Shown here one piece after another: positions 53,001-64,000 of a DNA stretch of 64,000 bases. The notes beneath the pieces were generated by a model. It made no database searches, had not been told where the DNA came from, and saw nothing but the letters and a program-made list of their open reading frames with translations. How positions within the stretch are numbered: position 1 is the stretch's first letter; each line of letters begins with the position of its first letter. The translations under genes were made by a program, and so were the position numbers. The stretch comes from Eledone cirrhosa (taxonomy: Eukaryota): contig OZ024744.1 in the NCBI GenBank assembly GCA_964016885.1, positions 47,306,001 to 47,370,000 on the forward strand, read 5' to 3'.

Positions 53001-56000
53001 TGTCCACTTTACAGTGTGGGCTGGGTGCTTTTTGCTGTGTCTTTCACATGTCCACTTCACAGTGTGGGCTGGGTGCTTTTTGCTGTGTCTTTCACATGTC
53101 CACTTTACAGTGTGGGCTGGGTGCTTTTTGCTGTGTCTTTCATATGTCCACTTTACAGTGTGGGCTGGGTGCTTTTTGTTGTGTCTTTCACATGTCCACT
53201 TTACAGTGTGGGCTGGGTGCTTTTTGCTGTGTCTTTCACATGTCCACTTTACAATGTGGGCTGGGTGCTTTTTGCTGTGTCTTTCACATGTCCACTTTAC
53301 AATGTGGGCTGGGTGATTTTTGCTGTGTCTTTCACATGTCCACTTTACAGTGTGGGCTGGGTGCTTTTCGCTGTGTCTTTCACATGTCCACTTTACAGTG
53401 TGGGCTGGGTGCTTTTTGCTGTGTCTTTCACATGTCCACTTTACAGTGTGGGGTGGGTGCTTTTTGCAGTGTCTTTCACACGTCCACTTTACAGTGTGGG
53501 CTGGGTGCTTTTTGTTGTATCTTTCTCACGTCCACTTTACAGTGTGGGCTGGGTGCTTTTTGCTGTGTCTTTCACATGTCCACTTTACAGTGTGGGCTGG
53601 GTGCTTTTTGCTGTGTCTTTCACATGTCCACTTTACAGTGTGGGCTGGGTGCTTTTTGCTGTGTCTTTCACATGTCCACTTCACAGTGTGGGCTGGGTGC
53701 TTTTTGCTGTGTCTTTCACATGTCCACTTTACAGTGTGGGCTGGGTGCTTTTTGCTGTGTCTTTCACATGTCCACTTTACAATGTGGGCTGGGTGCTTTT
53801 TGCTGTGTCTTTCACATGTCCACTTTACAATGTGGGCTGGGTGATATTTGCTGTGTCTTTCACATGTCCACTTTACAGTGTGGGCTGGGTGCTTTTCGCT
53901 GTGTCTTTCACATGTCCACTTTACAGTGTGGGCTGGGTGCTTTTTGCTGTGTCTTTCACATGTCCACTTTACAGTGTGGGGTGGGTGCTTTTTGCAGTGT
54001 CTTTCACACGTACACTTTACAGTGTGGGCTGGGTGCTTTTTGCTGTGTCTTTCACATGTCCACTTTACAGTGTGGGCTGTGTGCTTTTTGCAGTGTCTTT
54101 CACACGTCAACTTTACAGTGTGGCCTGGGTGCTTTTTGCTGTGTCTTTCACATGTCTATTTCACAGTGTGGGCTGGGTGCTTTTTGCTGTGTCTTTCACA
54201 TTTCCACTTTACAGTGTGGGCTGGGTGCTTTTTGCTGTGTCTTTCATATGTCCACTTTACAGTGTGGGCTGGGTCCTTTTTTCAGTGTCTTTCACATGTC
54301 CACTTCACGGTGTGGGCGGGGTGATTTTTGCTGTGTCTTTCACATGTCCACTTTACAGTGTGGGCTGGGTGCTTTTTTCAGTGTCTTTCACATGTCCACT
54401 TTACAGTGTGGGCTGGGCGCTTTTTGCAGTGTCTTTCAAACTTCAACTTTACAGTGTGGGCTGGGTGCTTTTTACTGTGTCTTTCACATGTCCACTTTAC
54501 AGTGTGGGCTGTGTGCTTGTTGCTGTGTCTTTCTCACGTCCACTTTACAGTGTGGGCTGGGTGCTTTTTGCTGTGTCTTTCACATGTCCACTTTACAGTG
54601 TGGGCACGGTGCTTTTTTCAGTGTCTTTCACACGTCCACTTTACATTGTGGGCTGGGTGCTTCTTGCTGTGTCTTTCTCACGTCCACTTTACAGTGTGGG
54701 CTGGGTGCTTTTTGCTGTGTCTTTCACATGTCCACTTTACAGTGTGGGCTGGGTGCTTTTTTCAGTGTCTTTCACATGTCCACTTTACAGCGTGGGTTGG
54801 GCGCTTTTTGCAGTGTCTTTCAAACGTCAACTTTACAGTGTGGGCTGGGTGCTTTTTACTGTGTCTTTCACATGTCCACTTTACAGTGTGGGCTGTGTGC
54901 TTGTTGCTGTGTCTTTCTCACGTCCACTTTACAGTGTGGGCTGGGTGCTTTTTGCTGTGTCTTTCACATGTCCACTTTACAGTGTGGGCTGAGTGCTTTT
55001 TTCAGTGTCTTTCACACGTCCACTTTACAGTGTGGGCTGGGTGCTTTTTGTTGTGTCTTTCTCACGTCCACTTTACAGTGTGGGCTGGGTGCTTTTTGCT
55101 GTGTCTTTCACATGTCCACTTTACAGTGTGGGCTGGGTGATTTTTGCTGTGTCTTTCACATGTCCACTTTACAGTGTCGGCTGGGTGCTTTTTGCTGTGT
55201 CTTTCACGTTTCCACTTCACAGTGTGGGCTGGGTGCTTTTTGCTGTGTCTTTCACATGTCCACTTTACAGTGTGGGCTGGGTGCTTTTTGCTGTGTCTTT
55301 CACATGTCCACTTTACAGTGTGGGCTGGGTGCTTTTTGCTGTGTCTTTCACATGTCCACTTTACAGTGTGGGCTGGGTGCTTTTTGCTGTGTCTTTCACA
55401 TGTTCACTTTACAATGTGGGCTGGGTGCTTTTTGCTGTGTCTTTCACATGTCCACTTTACAATGTGGGCTGGGTGCTTTTTGCTGTGTCTTTCACATGTC
55501 CACTTTACAGTGTGGGCTGGGTGCTTTTTGCTTTGTCTTTCACATGTCCACTTTACAGTGTGGGCTGGGTGCTTTTTGCAGTGTCTTTCACACGTCCACT
55601 TTACAGTGTGGGCTGGGTGCTTTTTGTTGTGTCTTTCACATGTCCACTTTACAGTGTGGGCTGTGTGCTTTTTGCAGTGTCTTTCATACGTCAACTTTAC
55701 AGTGTGGGCTGGGTGCTTTTTGCTGTGTCTTTCACATGTCTATTTCACAGTGTGGGCTGGGTGCTTTTTGCTGTGTCTTTCACATGTCCACTTTACAGTG
55801 TGGGCTGGGTGCTTTTTGCTGTGTCTTTCATATGTCCACTTTACAGTGTGGGCTGGGTGCTTTTTTCAGTGTCTTTCACATGTCCACTTCACGGTGTGGG
55901 CGGGCTAATTTTTGCTGTGTCTTTCACATGTCCACTTTACAATGTGGGCTGGGTGCTTTTTGCTGTATCTTTCAAATGTCCACTTTACAATGTGGGCTGG

Positions 56001-59000
56001 GTGCTTTTTGCTGTGTCTTTCACATGTCCACTTTACAGTGTGGGCTGGATGCTTCTTGCAGTGTCTTTCACACGTCCACTTTACATTGTGGGCTGGGTGC
56101 TTGTTGCTGTGTCTTTCTCACGTCCACTTTACAGTGTGGGCTGGGTGCTTTTTGCTGTGTCTTTCACATGTCCACTTTACAGTGTGGGTTGGGTGCTTTT
56201 TTCAGTGTCTTTCACATGTCCACTTTACAGTGTGGGCTGGGCGCTTTTTGCAGTGTCTTTCAAACTTCAACTTTACAGTGTGGGCTGGGTGCTTTTTACT
56301 GTGTCTTTCACATGTCCACTTTACAGTGTGGGCTGTGTGCTTGTTGCTGTGTCTTTCTCACGTCCACTTTACAGTGTGGGCTGGGTGCCTTTTGCTGTGT
56401 CTTTCACATGTCCACTTTACAGTGTGGGCTGGGTGCTTTTTTCAGTGTCTTTCACACGTCCACTTTACAGTGTGGGCTGGGTGCTTTTTGTTGTATCTTT
56501 CTCACGTCCACTTTACAGTGTGGGCTGGGTGCTTTTTGCTGTGTCTTTCACATGTCCACTTTACAGTGTGGGCTGGGTGCTTTTTGCTGTGTCTTTCACA
56601 TGTCCACTTCACAGTGTGGGCTGGGTGCTTTTTGCTGTGTCTTTCACATGTCCACTTTACAGTGTGGGCTGGGTGCTTTTTGCTGTGTCTTTCATATGTC
56701 CTCTTTACAGTGTGGGCTGGGTGCTTTTTGCTGTGTCTTTCACATGTCCACTTTACATTGTGGGCTGGGTGCTTTTCGCTGTGTCTTTCACATGTCCACT
56801 TTACAGTGTGGGCTGGGTGCTTTTTGCTGTGTCTTTCACATGTCCACTTTACAGTGTGGGGTGGGTGCTTTTTGCAGTGTCTTTCACACGTCCACTTTAC
56901 AGTGTGGGCTGGGTGCTTTTTGCTGTGTCTTTCACATGTCCACTTTACAGTGTGGGCTGTGTGCTTTTTGCAGTGTCTTTCACACGTCAACTTTACAGTG
57001 TGGGCTGGGTGCTTTTTGCTGTATCTTTCAAATGTCCACTTTACAATGTGGGCTGGGTGCTTTTTGCTGTGTCTTTCACATGTCCACTTTACAGTGTGGG
57101 CTGGATGCTTCTTGCAGTGTCTTTCACACGTCCACTTTACATTGTGGGCTGGGTGCTTGTTGCTGTGTCTTTCTCACGTCCACTTTACAGTGTGGGCTGG
57201 GTGCTTTTTGCTGTGTCTTTCACATGTCCACTTTACAGTGTGGGCTGGGTGCTTTTTTCAGTGTCTTTCACATGTCCACTTTACAGTGTGGGCTGGGCGC
57301 TTTTTGCAGTGTCTTTCAAACTTCAACTTTACAGTGTGGGCTGGGTGCTTTTTACTGTGTCTTTCACATGTCCACTTTACAGTGTGGGCTGTGTGCTTGT
57401 TGCTGTGTCTTTCTCACGTCCACTTTACAGTGTGGGCTGGGTGCTTTTTGCTGTGTCTTTCACATGTCCACTTTACAGTGTGGGCACGGTGCTTTTTTCA
57501 GTGTCTTTCACATGTCCACTTTACAGTGTGGGCTGGGTGCTTTTTGCTGTGTCTTTCACATGTCCACTTTACAGTGTGGGCTGGGTGCTTTTTGCTGTGT
57601 CTTTCACATGTCCACTTCACAGTGTGGGCTGGGTGCTTTTTGCTGTGTCTTTCACATGTCCACTTTACAGTGTGGGCTGGGTGCTTTTTGCTGTGTCTTT
57701 CATATGTCCACTTTACAGTGTGGGCTGGGTGCTTTTTGTTGTGTCTTTCACATGTCCACTTTACAGTGTGGGCTGGGTGCTTTTTGCTGTGTCTTTCACA
57801 TGTCCACTTTACAATGTGGGCTGGGTGCTTTTTGCTGTGTCTTTCACATGTCCACTTTACAATGTGGGCTGGGTGATTTTTGCTGTGTCTTTCACATGTC
57901 CACTTTACAGTGTGGGCTGGGTGCTTTTCGCTGTGTCTTTCACATGTCCACTTTACAGTGTGGGCTGGGTGCTTTTTGCTGTGTCTTTCACATGTCCACT
58001 TTACAGTGTGGGGTGGGTGCTTTTTGCAGTGTCTTTCACACGTCCACTTTACAGTGTGGGCTGGGTGCTTTTTGTTGTATCTTTCTCACGTCCACTTTAC
58101 AGTGTGGGCTGGGTGCTTTTTGCTGTGTCTTTCACATGTCCACTTTACAGTGTGGGCTGGGTGCTTTTTGCTGTGTCTTTCACATGTCCACTTTACAGTG
58201 TGGGCTGGGTGCTTTTTGCTGTGTCTTTCACATGTCCACTTCACAGTGTGGGCTGGGTGCTTTTTGCTGTGTCTTTCACATGTCCACTTTACAGTGTGGG
58301 CTGGGTGCTTTTTGCTGTGTCTTTCACATGTCCACTTTACAATGTGGGCTGGGTGCTTTTTGCTGTGTCTTTCACATGTCCACTTTACAATGTGGGCTGG
58401 GTGATTTTTGCTGTGTCTTTCACATGTCCACTTTACAGTGTGGGCTGGGTGCTTTTCGCTGTGTCTTTCACATGTCCACTTTACAGTGTGGGCTGGGTGC
58501 TTTTTGCTGTGTCTTTCACATGTCCACTTTACAGTGTGGGGTGGGTGCTTTTTGCAGTGTCTTTCACACGTACACTTTACAGTGTGGGCTGGGTGCTTTT
58601 TGCTGTGTCTTTCACATGTCCACTTTACAGTGTGGGCTGTGTGCTTTTTGCAGTGTCTTTCACACGTCAACTTTACAGTGTGGCCTGGGTGCTTTTTGCT
58701 GTGTCTTTCACATGTCTATTTCACAGTGTGGGCTGGGTGCTTTTTGCTGTGTCTTTCACATTTCCACTTTACAGTGTGGGCTGGGTGCTTTTTGCTGTGT
58801 CTTTCATATGTCCACTTTACAGTGTGGGCTGGGTCCTTTTTTCAGTGTCTTTCACATGTCCACTTCACGGTGTGGGCGGGGTGATTTTTGCTGTGTCTTT
58901 CACATGTCCACTTTACAGTGTGGGCTGGGTGCTTTTTTCAGTGTCTTTCACATGTCCACTTTACAGTGTGGGCTGGGCGCTTTTTGCAGTGTCTTTCAAA

Positions 59001-59180
59001 CTTCAACTTTACAGTGTGGGCTGGGTGCTTTTTACTGTGTCTTTCACATGTCCACTTTACAGTGTGGGCTGTGTGCTTGTTGCTGTGTCTTTCTCACGTC
59101 CACTTTACAGTGTGGGCTGGGTGCTTTTTGCTGTGTCTTTCACATGTCCACTTTACAGTGTGGGCACGGTGCTTTTTTCA
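50100..59180. repeat. Direct tandem duplication of about 4.5 kb (offset 4,512 then 4,560; the second copy has one extra monomer at ~55713-55760), junction near 54612
   Basis: ORF pairs are 50481/54993 (offset 4,512) and 51352..53316 / 55912..57876 (offset 4,560). Shared private variants include CAGCGTGGGTT, GGCTGAGTG, CACGTTTCC, CGGGCTAAT and GGGCACGG. Confidence 0.93.
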
Positions 59181-59899
59181 GTGTCTTTCACACGTCCACT
59201 TTACAGTGTGGGCTGGGTGCTTTTTGTTGTATCTTTCTCACGTCCACTTTACAGTGTGGGCTGGGTGCTTTTTGCTGTGTCTTTCACATGTCCACTTTAC
59301 AGTGTGGGCTGGGTGCTTTTTGCTGTGTCTTTCACATGTCCACTTTACAGTGTGGGCTGGGTGCTTTTTGCTGTGTCTTTCACATGTCCACTTCACAGTG
59401 TGGGCTGGGTGCTTTTTGCTGTGTCTTTCACATGTCCACTTTACAGTGTGGGCTGGGTGCTTTTTGCTGTGTCTTTCATATGTCCACTTTACAGTGTGGG
59501 CTGGGTGCTTTTTGTTGTGTCTTTCACATGTCCACTTTACAGTGTGGGCTGGGTGCTTTTTGCTGTGTCTTTCACATGTCCACTTTACAATGTGGGCTGG
59601 GTGCTTTTTGCTGTGTCTTTCACATGTCCACTTTACAATGTGGGCTGGGTGATTTTTGCTGTGTCTTTCACATGTCCACTTTACAGTGTGGGCTGGGTGC
59701 TTTTCGCTGTGTCTTTCACATGTCCACTTTACAGTGTGGGCTGGGTGCTTTTTGCTGTGTCTTTCACATGTCCACTTTACAGTGTGGGCTGGGTGCTTTT
59801 TGCTGTGTCTTTCACATGTCCACTTTACAGTGTGGGCTGGGTGCTTTTCGCTGTGTCTTTCACATGTCCACTTTACAGTGTGGGCTGGGTGCTTTTTGC

Positions 59900-62800
59900 A
59901 GTGTCTTTCACACGTCCACTTTACAGTGTGGGCTGGGTGCTTTTTGTTGTATCTTTCTCACGTCCACTTTACAGTGTGGGCTGGGTGCTTTTTGCTGTGT
60001 CTTTCACATGTCCACTTTACAGTGTGGGCTGGGTGCTTTTTGCTGTGTCTTTCACATGTCCACTTTACAGTGTGGGCTGGGTGCTTTTTGCTGTGTCTTT
60101 CACATGTCCACTTCACAGTGTGGGCTGGGTGCTTTTTGCTGTGTCTTTCACATGTCCACTTTACAGTGTGGGCTGGGTGCTTTTTGCTGTGTCTTTCATA
60201 TGTCCACTTTACAGTGTGGGCTGGGTGCTTTTTGTTGTGTCTTTCACATGTCCACTTTACAGTGTGGGCTGGGTGCTTTTTGCTGTGTCTTTCACATGTC
60301 CACTTTACAATGTGGGCTGGGTGCTTTTTGCTGCGTCTTTCACATGTCCACTTTACAATGTGGGCTGGGTGATTTTTGCTGTGTCTTTCACATGTCCACT
60401 TTACAGTGTGGGCTGGGTGCTTTTCGCTGTGTCTTTCACATGTCCACTTTACAGTGTGGGCTGGGTGCTTTTTGCTGTGTCTTTCACATGTCCACTTTAC
60501 AGTGTGGGGTGGGTGCTTTTTGCAGTGTCTTTCACACGTACACTTTACAGTGTGGGCTGGGTGCTTTTTGCTGTGTCTTTCACATGTCCACTTTACAGTG
60601 TGGGCTGTGTGCTTTTTGCAGTGTCTTTCACACGTCAACTTTACAGTGTGGCCTGGGTGCTTTTTGCTGTGTCTTTCACATGTCTATTTCACAGTGTGGG
60701 CTGGGTGCTTTTTGCTGTGTCTTTCACATTTCCACTTTACAGTGTGGGCTGGGTGCTTTTTGCTGTGTCTTTCATATGTCCACTTTACAGTGTGGGCTGG
60801 GTCCTTTTCTCAGTGTCTTTCACATGTCCACTTCACGGTGTGGGCGGGGTGATTTTTGCTGTGTCTTTCACATGTCCACTTTACAATGTGGGCTGGGTGC
60901 TTTTTGCTGTATCTTTCAAATGTCCACTTTACAATGTGGGCTGGGTGCTTTTTGCTGTGTCTTTCACATGTCCACTTTACAGTGTGGGCTGGGCGCTTTT
61001 TGCAGTGTCTTTCAAACGTCAACTTTACAGTGTGGGCTGGGTGCTTTTTACTGTGTCTTTCACATGTCCACTTTACAGTGTGGGCTGGGTGCTTTTTGCT
61101 GTGTCTTTCACATGTCCACTTCACAGTGTGGGCTGGGTGCTTTTTGCTGTGTCTTTCACATGTCCACTTTACAGTGTGGGCTGGGTGCTTTTTGCTGTGT
61201 CTTTCACATGTCCACTTTACAGTGTGGGCTGTGTGCTTTTTGCTGTGTCTTTCACATGTCCACTTTACAGTGTGGGCTGGGTGCTTTTTGCTGTGTCTTT
61301 CACATGTCCACTTTACAGTGTGGGCTGGGTGCTTTTTGCTGTGTCTTTCACATGTCCACTTTACAGTGTGGGCTGGGTGCTTTTTGCTGTGTCTTTCACA
61401 TGTCCATCTTACAATGTGAGCTGGGTGCTTTTTGCTGTGTCTTTCACATGTCCACTTTACAGTGTGGGCTGGGTGCTTGTTGCTGTGTCTTTCTCACGTC
61501 CGCTTTACAGTGTGGGCTGGGTGCTTTTTGCTGTGTCTTTCACATGTCCACTTTACAGTGCGGGCTAGGTGCTTTTTTCAGTGTCTTTCACACGTCCACT
61601 TTACATTGTGGGCTGGGTGCTTGTTGCTGTGTCTTTCTCACGTCCACCTTACAGTGTGGGCTGGGTGCTTTTTGCTGTGTCTTTCACATGTCCACTTTAC
61701 ATTGTGGACTGGGTGCTTTTTTCAGTGTCTTTCACATGTCAACTTTACAGTGAGGGCTGGGTGCTTTTTGCTGTGTCTTTCACATGTCCACTTTACAGTG
61801 TGGGCTGGGTGCTTTTTGCTGTGTCTTTCACATATCCACTTTACAGTGTGGGCTGGGTGCTTTTTGCTGATTCTTTCACACGTCCACTTTACAGTGTGGG
61901 CTGGGTGCTTTTTGCTGTGTCTTTCACACGTCCACTTTACAGTGTGGGCCGGGTGCTTTTTGCTGTGTCTTTCACATGTCCACTTTACAATGTGGGCTGG
62001 GTGCTTTTTGCTGTTTCTTTCACATGTCCACTTCACAGTGTGGGCTGGGTGCTTTTTGCTGTGTCTTTCACATGTCCACTTTACAGTGTGGGCTGGGTGC
62101 TTTTTGCTGTGTCTTTCACATGTCCACTTTACAGTGTGGGCTGGGTGCTTTTTGCTGTGTCTTTCACATGTCCACTTCACAGTGTGGGTTGGGTGCTTTT
62201 TGCTGTGTCTTTCACATGTCCACTTTACAGTGTGGGCTGGGTGCTTTTTGCTGTGTCTTTCATATGTCCACTTTACAGTGTGGGCTGGGTGCTTTTTGTT
62301 GTGTCTTTCACATGTCCACTTTACAGTGTGGGCTGGGTGCTTTTTGCTGTGTCTTTCACATGTCCACTTTACAATGTGGGCTGGGTGCTTTTTGCTGTGT
62401 CTTTCACATGTCCACTTTACAATGTGGGCTGGGTGATTTTTGCTGTGTCTTTCACATGTCCACTTTACAGTGTGGGCTGGGTGCTTTTTCTGTGTCTTTC
62501 ACATGTCCACTTTACAGTGTGGGCTGGGTGCTTTTTGCTGTGTCTTTCACATGTCCACTTTACAGTGTGGGGTGGGTGCTTTTTGCAGTGTCTTTCACAC
62601 GTCCACTTTACAGTGTGGGCTGGGTGCTTTTTGTTGTATCTTTCTCACGTCCACTTTACAGTGTGGGCTGGGTGCTTTTTGCTGTGTCTTTCACATGTCC
62701 ACTTTACAGTGTGGGCTGGGTACTTTTTGCTGTGTATTTCACATGTCCACTTTACAGTGTGGGCTGGGTGCTTTTTGCTGTGTCTTTCACATGTCCACTT

Positions 62801-64000
62801 CACAGTGTGGGCTGGGTGCTTTTTGCTGTGTCTTTCACATGTCCACTTTACAGTGTGGGCTGGGTGCTTTTTGCTGTGTCTTTCATATGTCCACTTTACA
62901 GTGTGGGCTGGGTGCTTTTTGTTGTGTCTTTCACATGTCCACTTTACAGTGTGGGCTGGGTGCTTTTTGCTGTGTCTTTCACATGTCCACTTTACAATGT
63001 GGGCTGGGTGCTTTTTGCTGTGTCTTTCACATGTCCACTTTACAATGTGGGCTGGGTGATTTTTGCTGTGTCTTTCACATGTCCACTTTACAGTGTGGGC
63101 TGGGTGCTTTTCGCTGTGTCTTTCACATGTCCACTTTACAGTGTGGGCTGGGTGCTTTTTGCTGTGTCTTTCACATGTCCACTTTACAGTGTGGGGTGGG
63201 TGCTTTTTGCAGTGTCTTTCACACGTCCACTTTACAGTGTGGGCTGGGTGCTTTTTGCTGTGTCTTTCACATGTCCACTTTACAGTGTGGGCTGTGTGCT
63301 TTTTGCAGTGTCTTTCACACGTCAACTTTACAGTGTGGCCTGGGTGCTTTTTGCTGTGTCTTTCACATGTCTATTTCACAGTGTGGGCTGGGTGCTTTTT
63401 GCTGTGTCTTTCACATTTCCACTTTACAGTGTGGGCTGGGTGCTTTTTGCTGTGTCTTTCATATGTCCACTTTACAGTGTGGGCTGGGTCCTTTTTTCAG
63501 TGTCTTTCACATGTCCACTTCACGGTGTGGGCGGGGTGATTTTTGCTGTGTCTTTCACATGTCCACTTTACAATGTGGGCTGGGTGCTTTTTGCTGTATC
63601 TTTCAAATGTCCACTTTACAATGTGGGCTGGGTGCTTTTTGCTGTGTCTTTCACATGTCCACTTTACAGTGTGGGCTGGGCGCTTTTTGCAGTGTCTTTC
63701 AAACGTCAACTTTACAGTGTGGGCTGGGTGCTTTTTACTGTGTCTTTCACATGTCCACTTTACAGTGTGGGCTGGGTGCTTTTTGCTGTGTCTTTCACAT
63801 GTCCACTTCACAGTGTGGGCTGGGTGCTTTTTGCTGTGTCTTTCACATGTCCACTTTACAGTGTGGGCTGGGTGCTTTTTGCTGTGTCTTTCACATGTCC
63901 ACTTTACAGTGTGGGCTGTGTGCTTTTTGCTGTGTCTTTCACATGTCCACTTTACAGTGTGGGCTGGGTGCTTTTTGCTGTGTCTTTCACATGTCCACTT
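59900..64000. repeat. Duplicated block: about 59900-61310 and about 62590-64000 (offset 2,687 = 56 monomers - 1 nt)
   Basis: ORFs 60810..61124 and 63497..63811 are identical, and 59958..60638 and 62645..63325 are near-identical. The 1-nt deletion at ~62490 accounts for the -1. Confidence 0.87.

Larger units (their letters stand above)
1..64000. repeat. 48-bp satellite/minisatellite tandem array, about 1,333 head-to-tail monomers, running off both window edges
   Basis: The unit CTTTCACATGTCCACTTTACAGTGTGGGCTGGGTGCTTTTTGCTGTGT recurs every 48 bp from position 1 to 64000, usually with only a few substitutions or none. The line pattern repeats every 240 bp (5 units), and all ORF translations show a 16-aa period. 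Confidence 0.99.

Noticed and set aside
1290-61124. Selection to preserve reading frame or phase, suggested by indels summing to zero over 59,520 bp
   Set aside because: The cumulative offset wanders between -1 and +8 along the way and many indels are duplicated copies. A return to zero is plausible by chance.
49388-61753. 4,121-aa ORF, plus the 2,456-aa (12620..19990), 2,191-aa and other long + strand ORFs
   Set aside because: All three + frames of the 48-bp consensus are stop-free, so long ORFs are expected. They overlap in all frames, switch peptide repeat at indels and have no unique N- or C-terminal domain.
1-64000. CRISPR array
   Set aside because: There are no unique spacers, since the full 48 bp repeats contiguously, and there is no leader or cas gene.
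1-64000. Telomeric repeat, immunoglobulin switch region, tRNA/5S array or transposon
   Set aside because: There are no TTAGGG-type units, no dense GAGCT/GGGGT pentamer pattern, no cloverleaf or A/B boxes, and no terminal repeats or transposase/RT coding sequence.

Overview
The whole 64-kb window is one head-to-tail tandem array of a 48-bp monomer, with about 1,333 copies all in the same orientation. The consensus is CTTTCACATGTCCACTTTACAGTGTGGGCTGGGTGCTTTTTGCTGTGT (5 A, 20 T, 13 G, 10 C; about 48% GC; no CpG). I saw no unique sequence, inversion, inserted element, RNA gene or credible protein-coding gene. The many long ORFs arise because 48 is a multiple of 3 and the consensus has no stop codon in 4 of 6 frames. 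The informative structure lies in the variants. They show multi-SNP monomer subtypes in a conserved order, a local 3-monomer (144-bp) periodicity, and nested recent duplications of about 0.5-5.3 kb. Blocks near the two ends of the window also match each other at an offset of 59,520 bp. I counted 23 small indels, many of them copied by the duplications. The most intriguing but speculative observation is that each monomer resembles a V(D)J 23-type recombination signal (heptamer-like + 22/24 nt + nonamer-like). The array looks like eukaryotic satellite DNA, but neither host nor satellite family can be identified from the sequence alone. Duplication boundaries were read by eye and are approximate to within 1-2 monomers.
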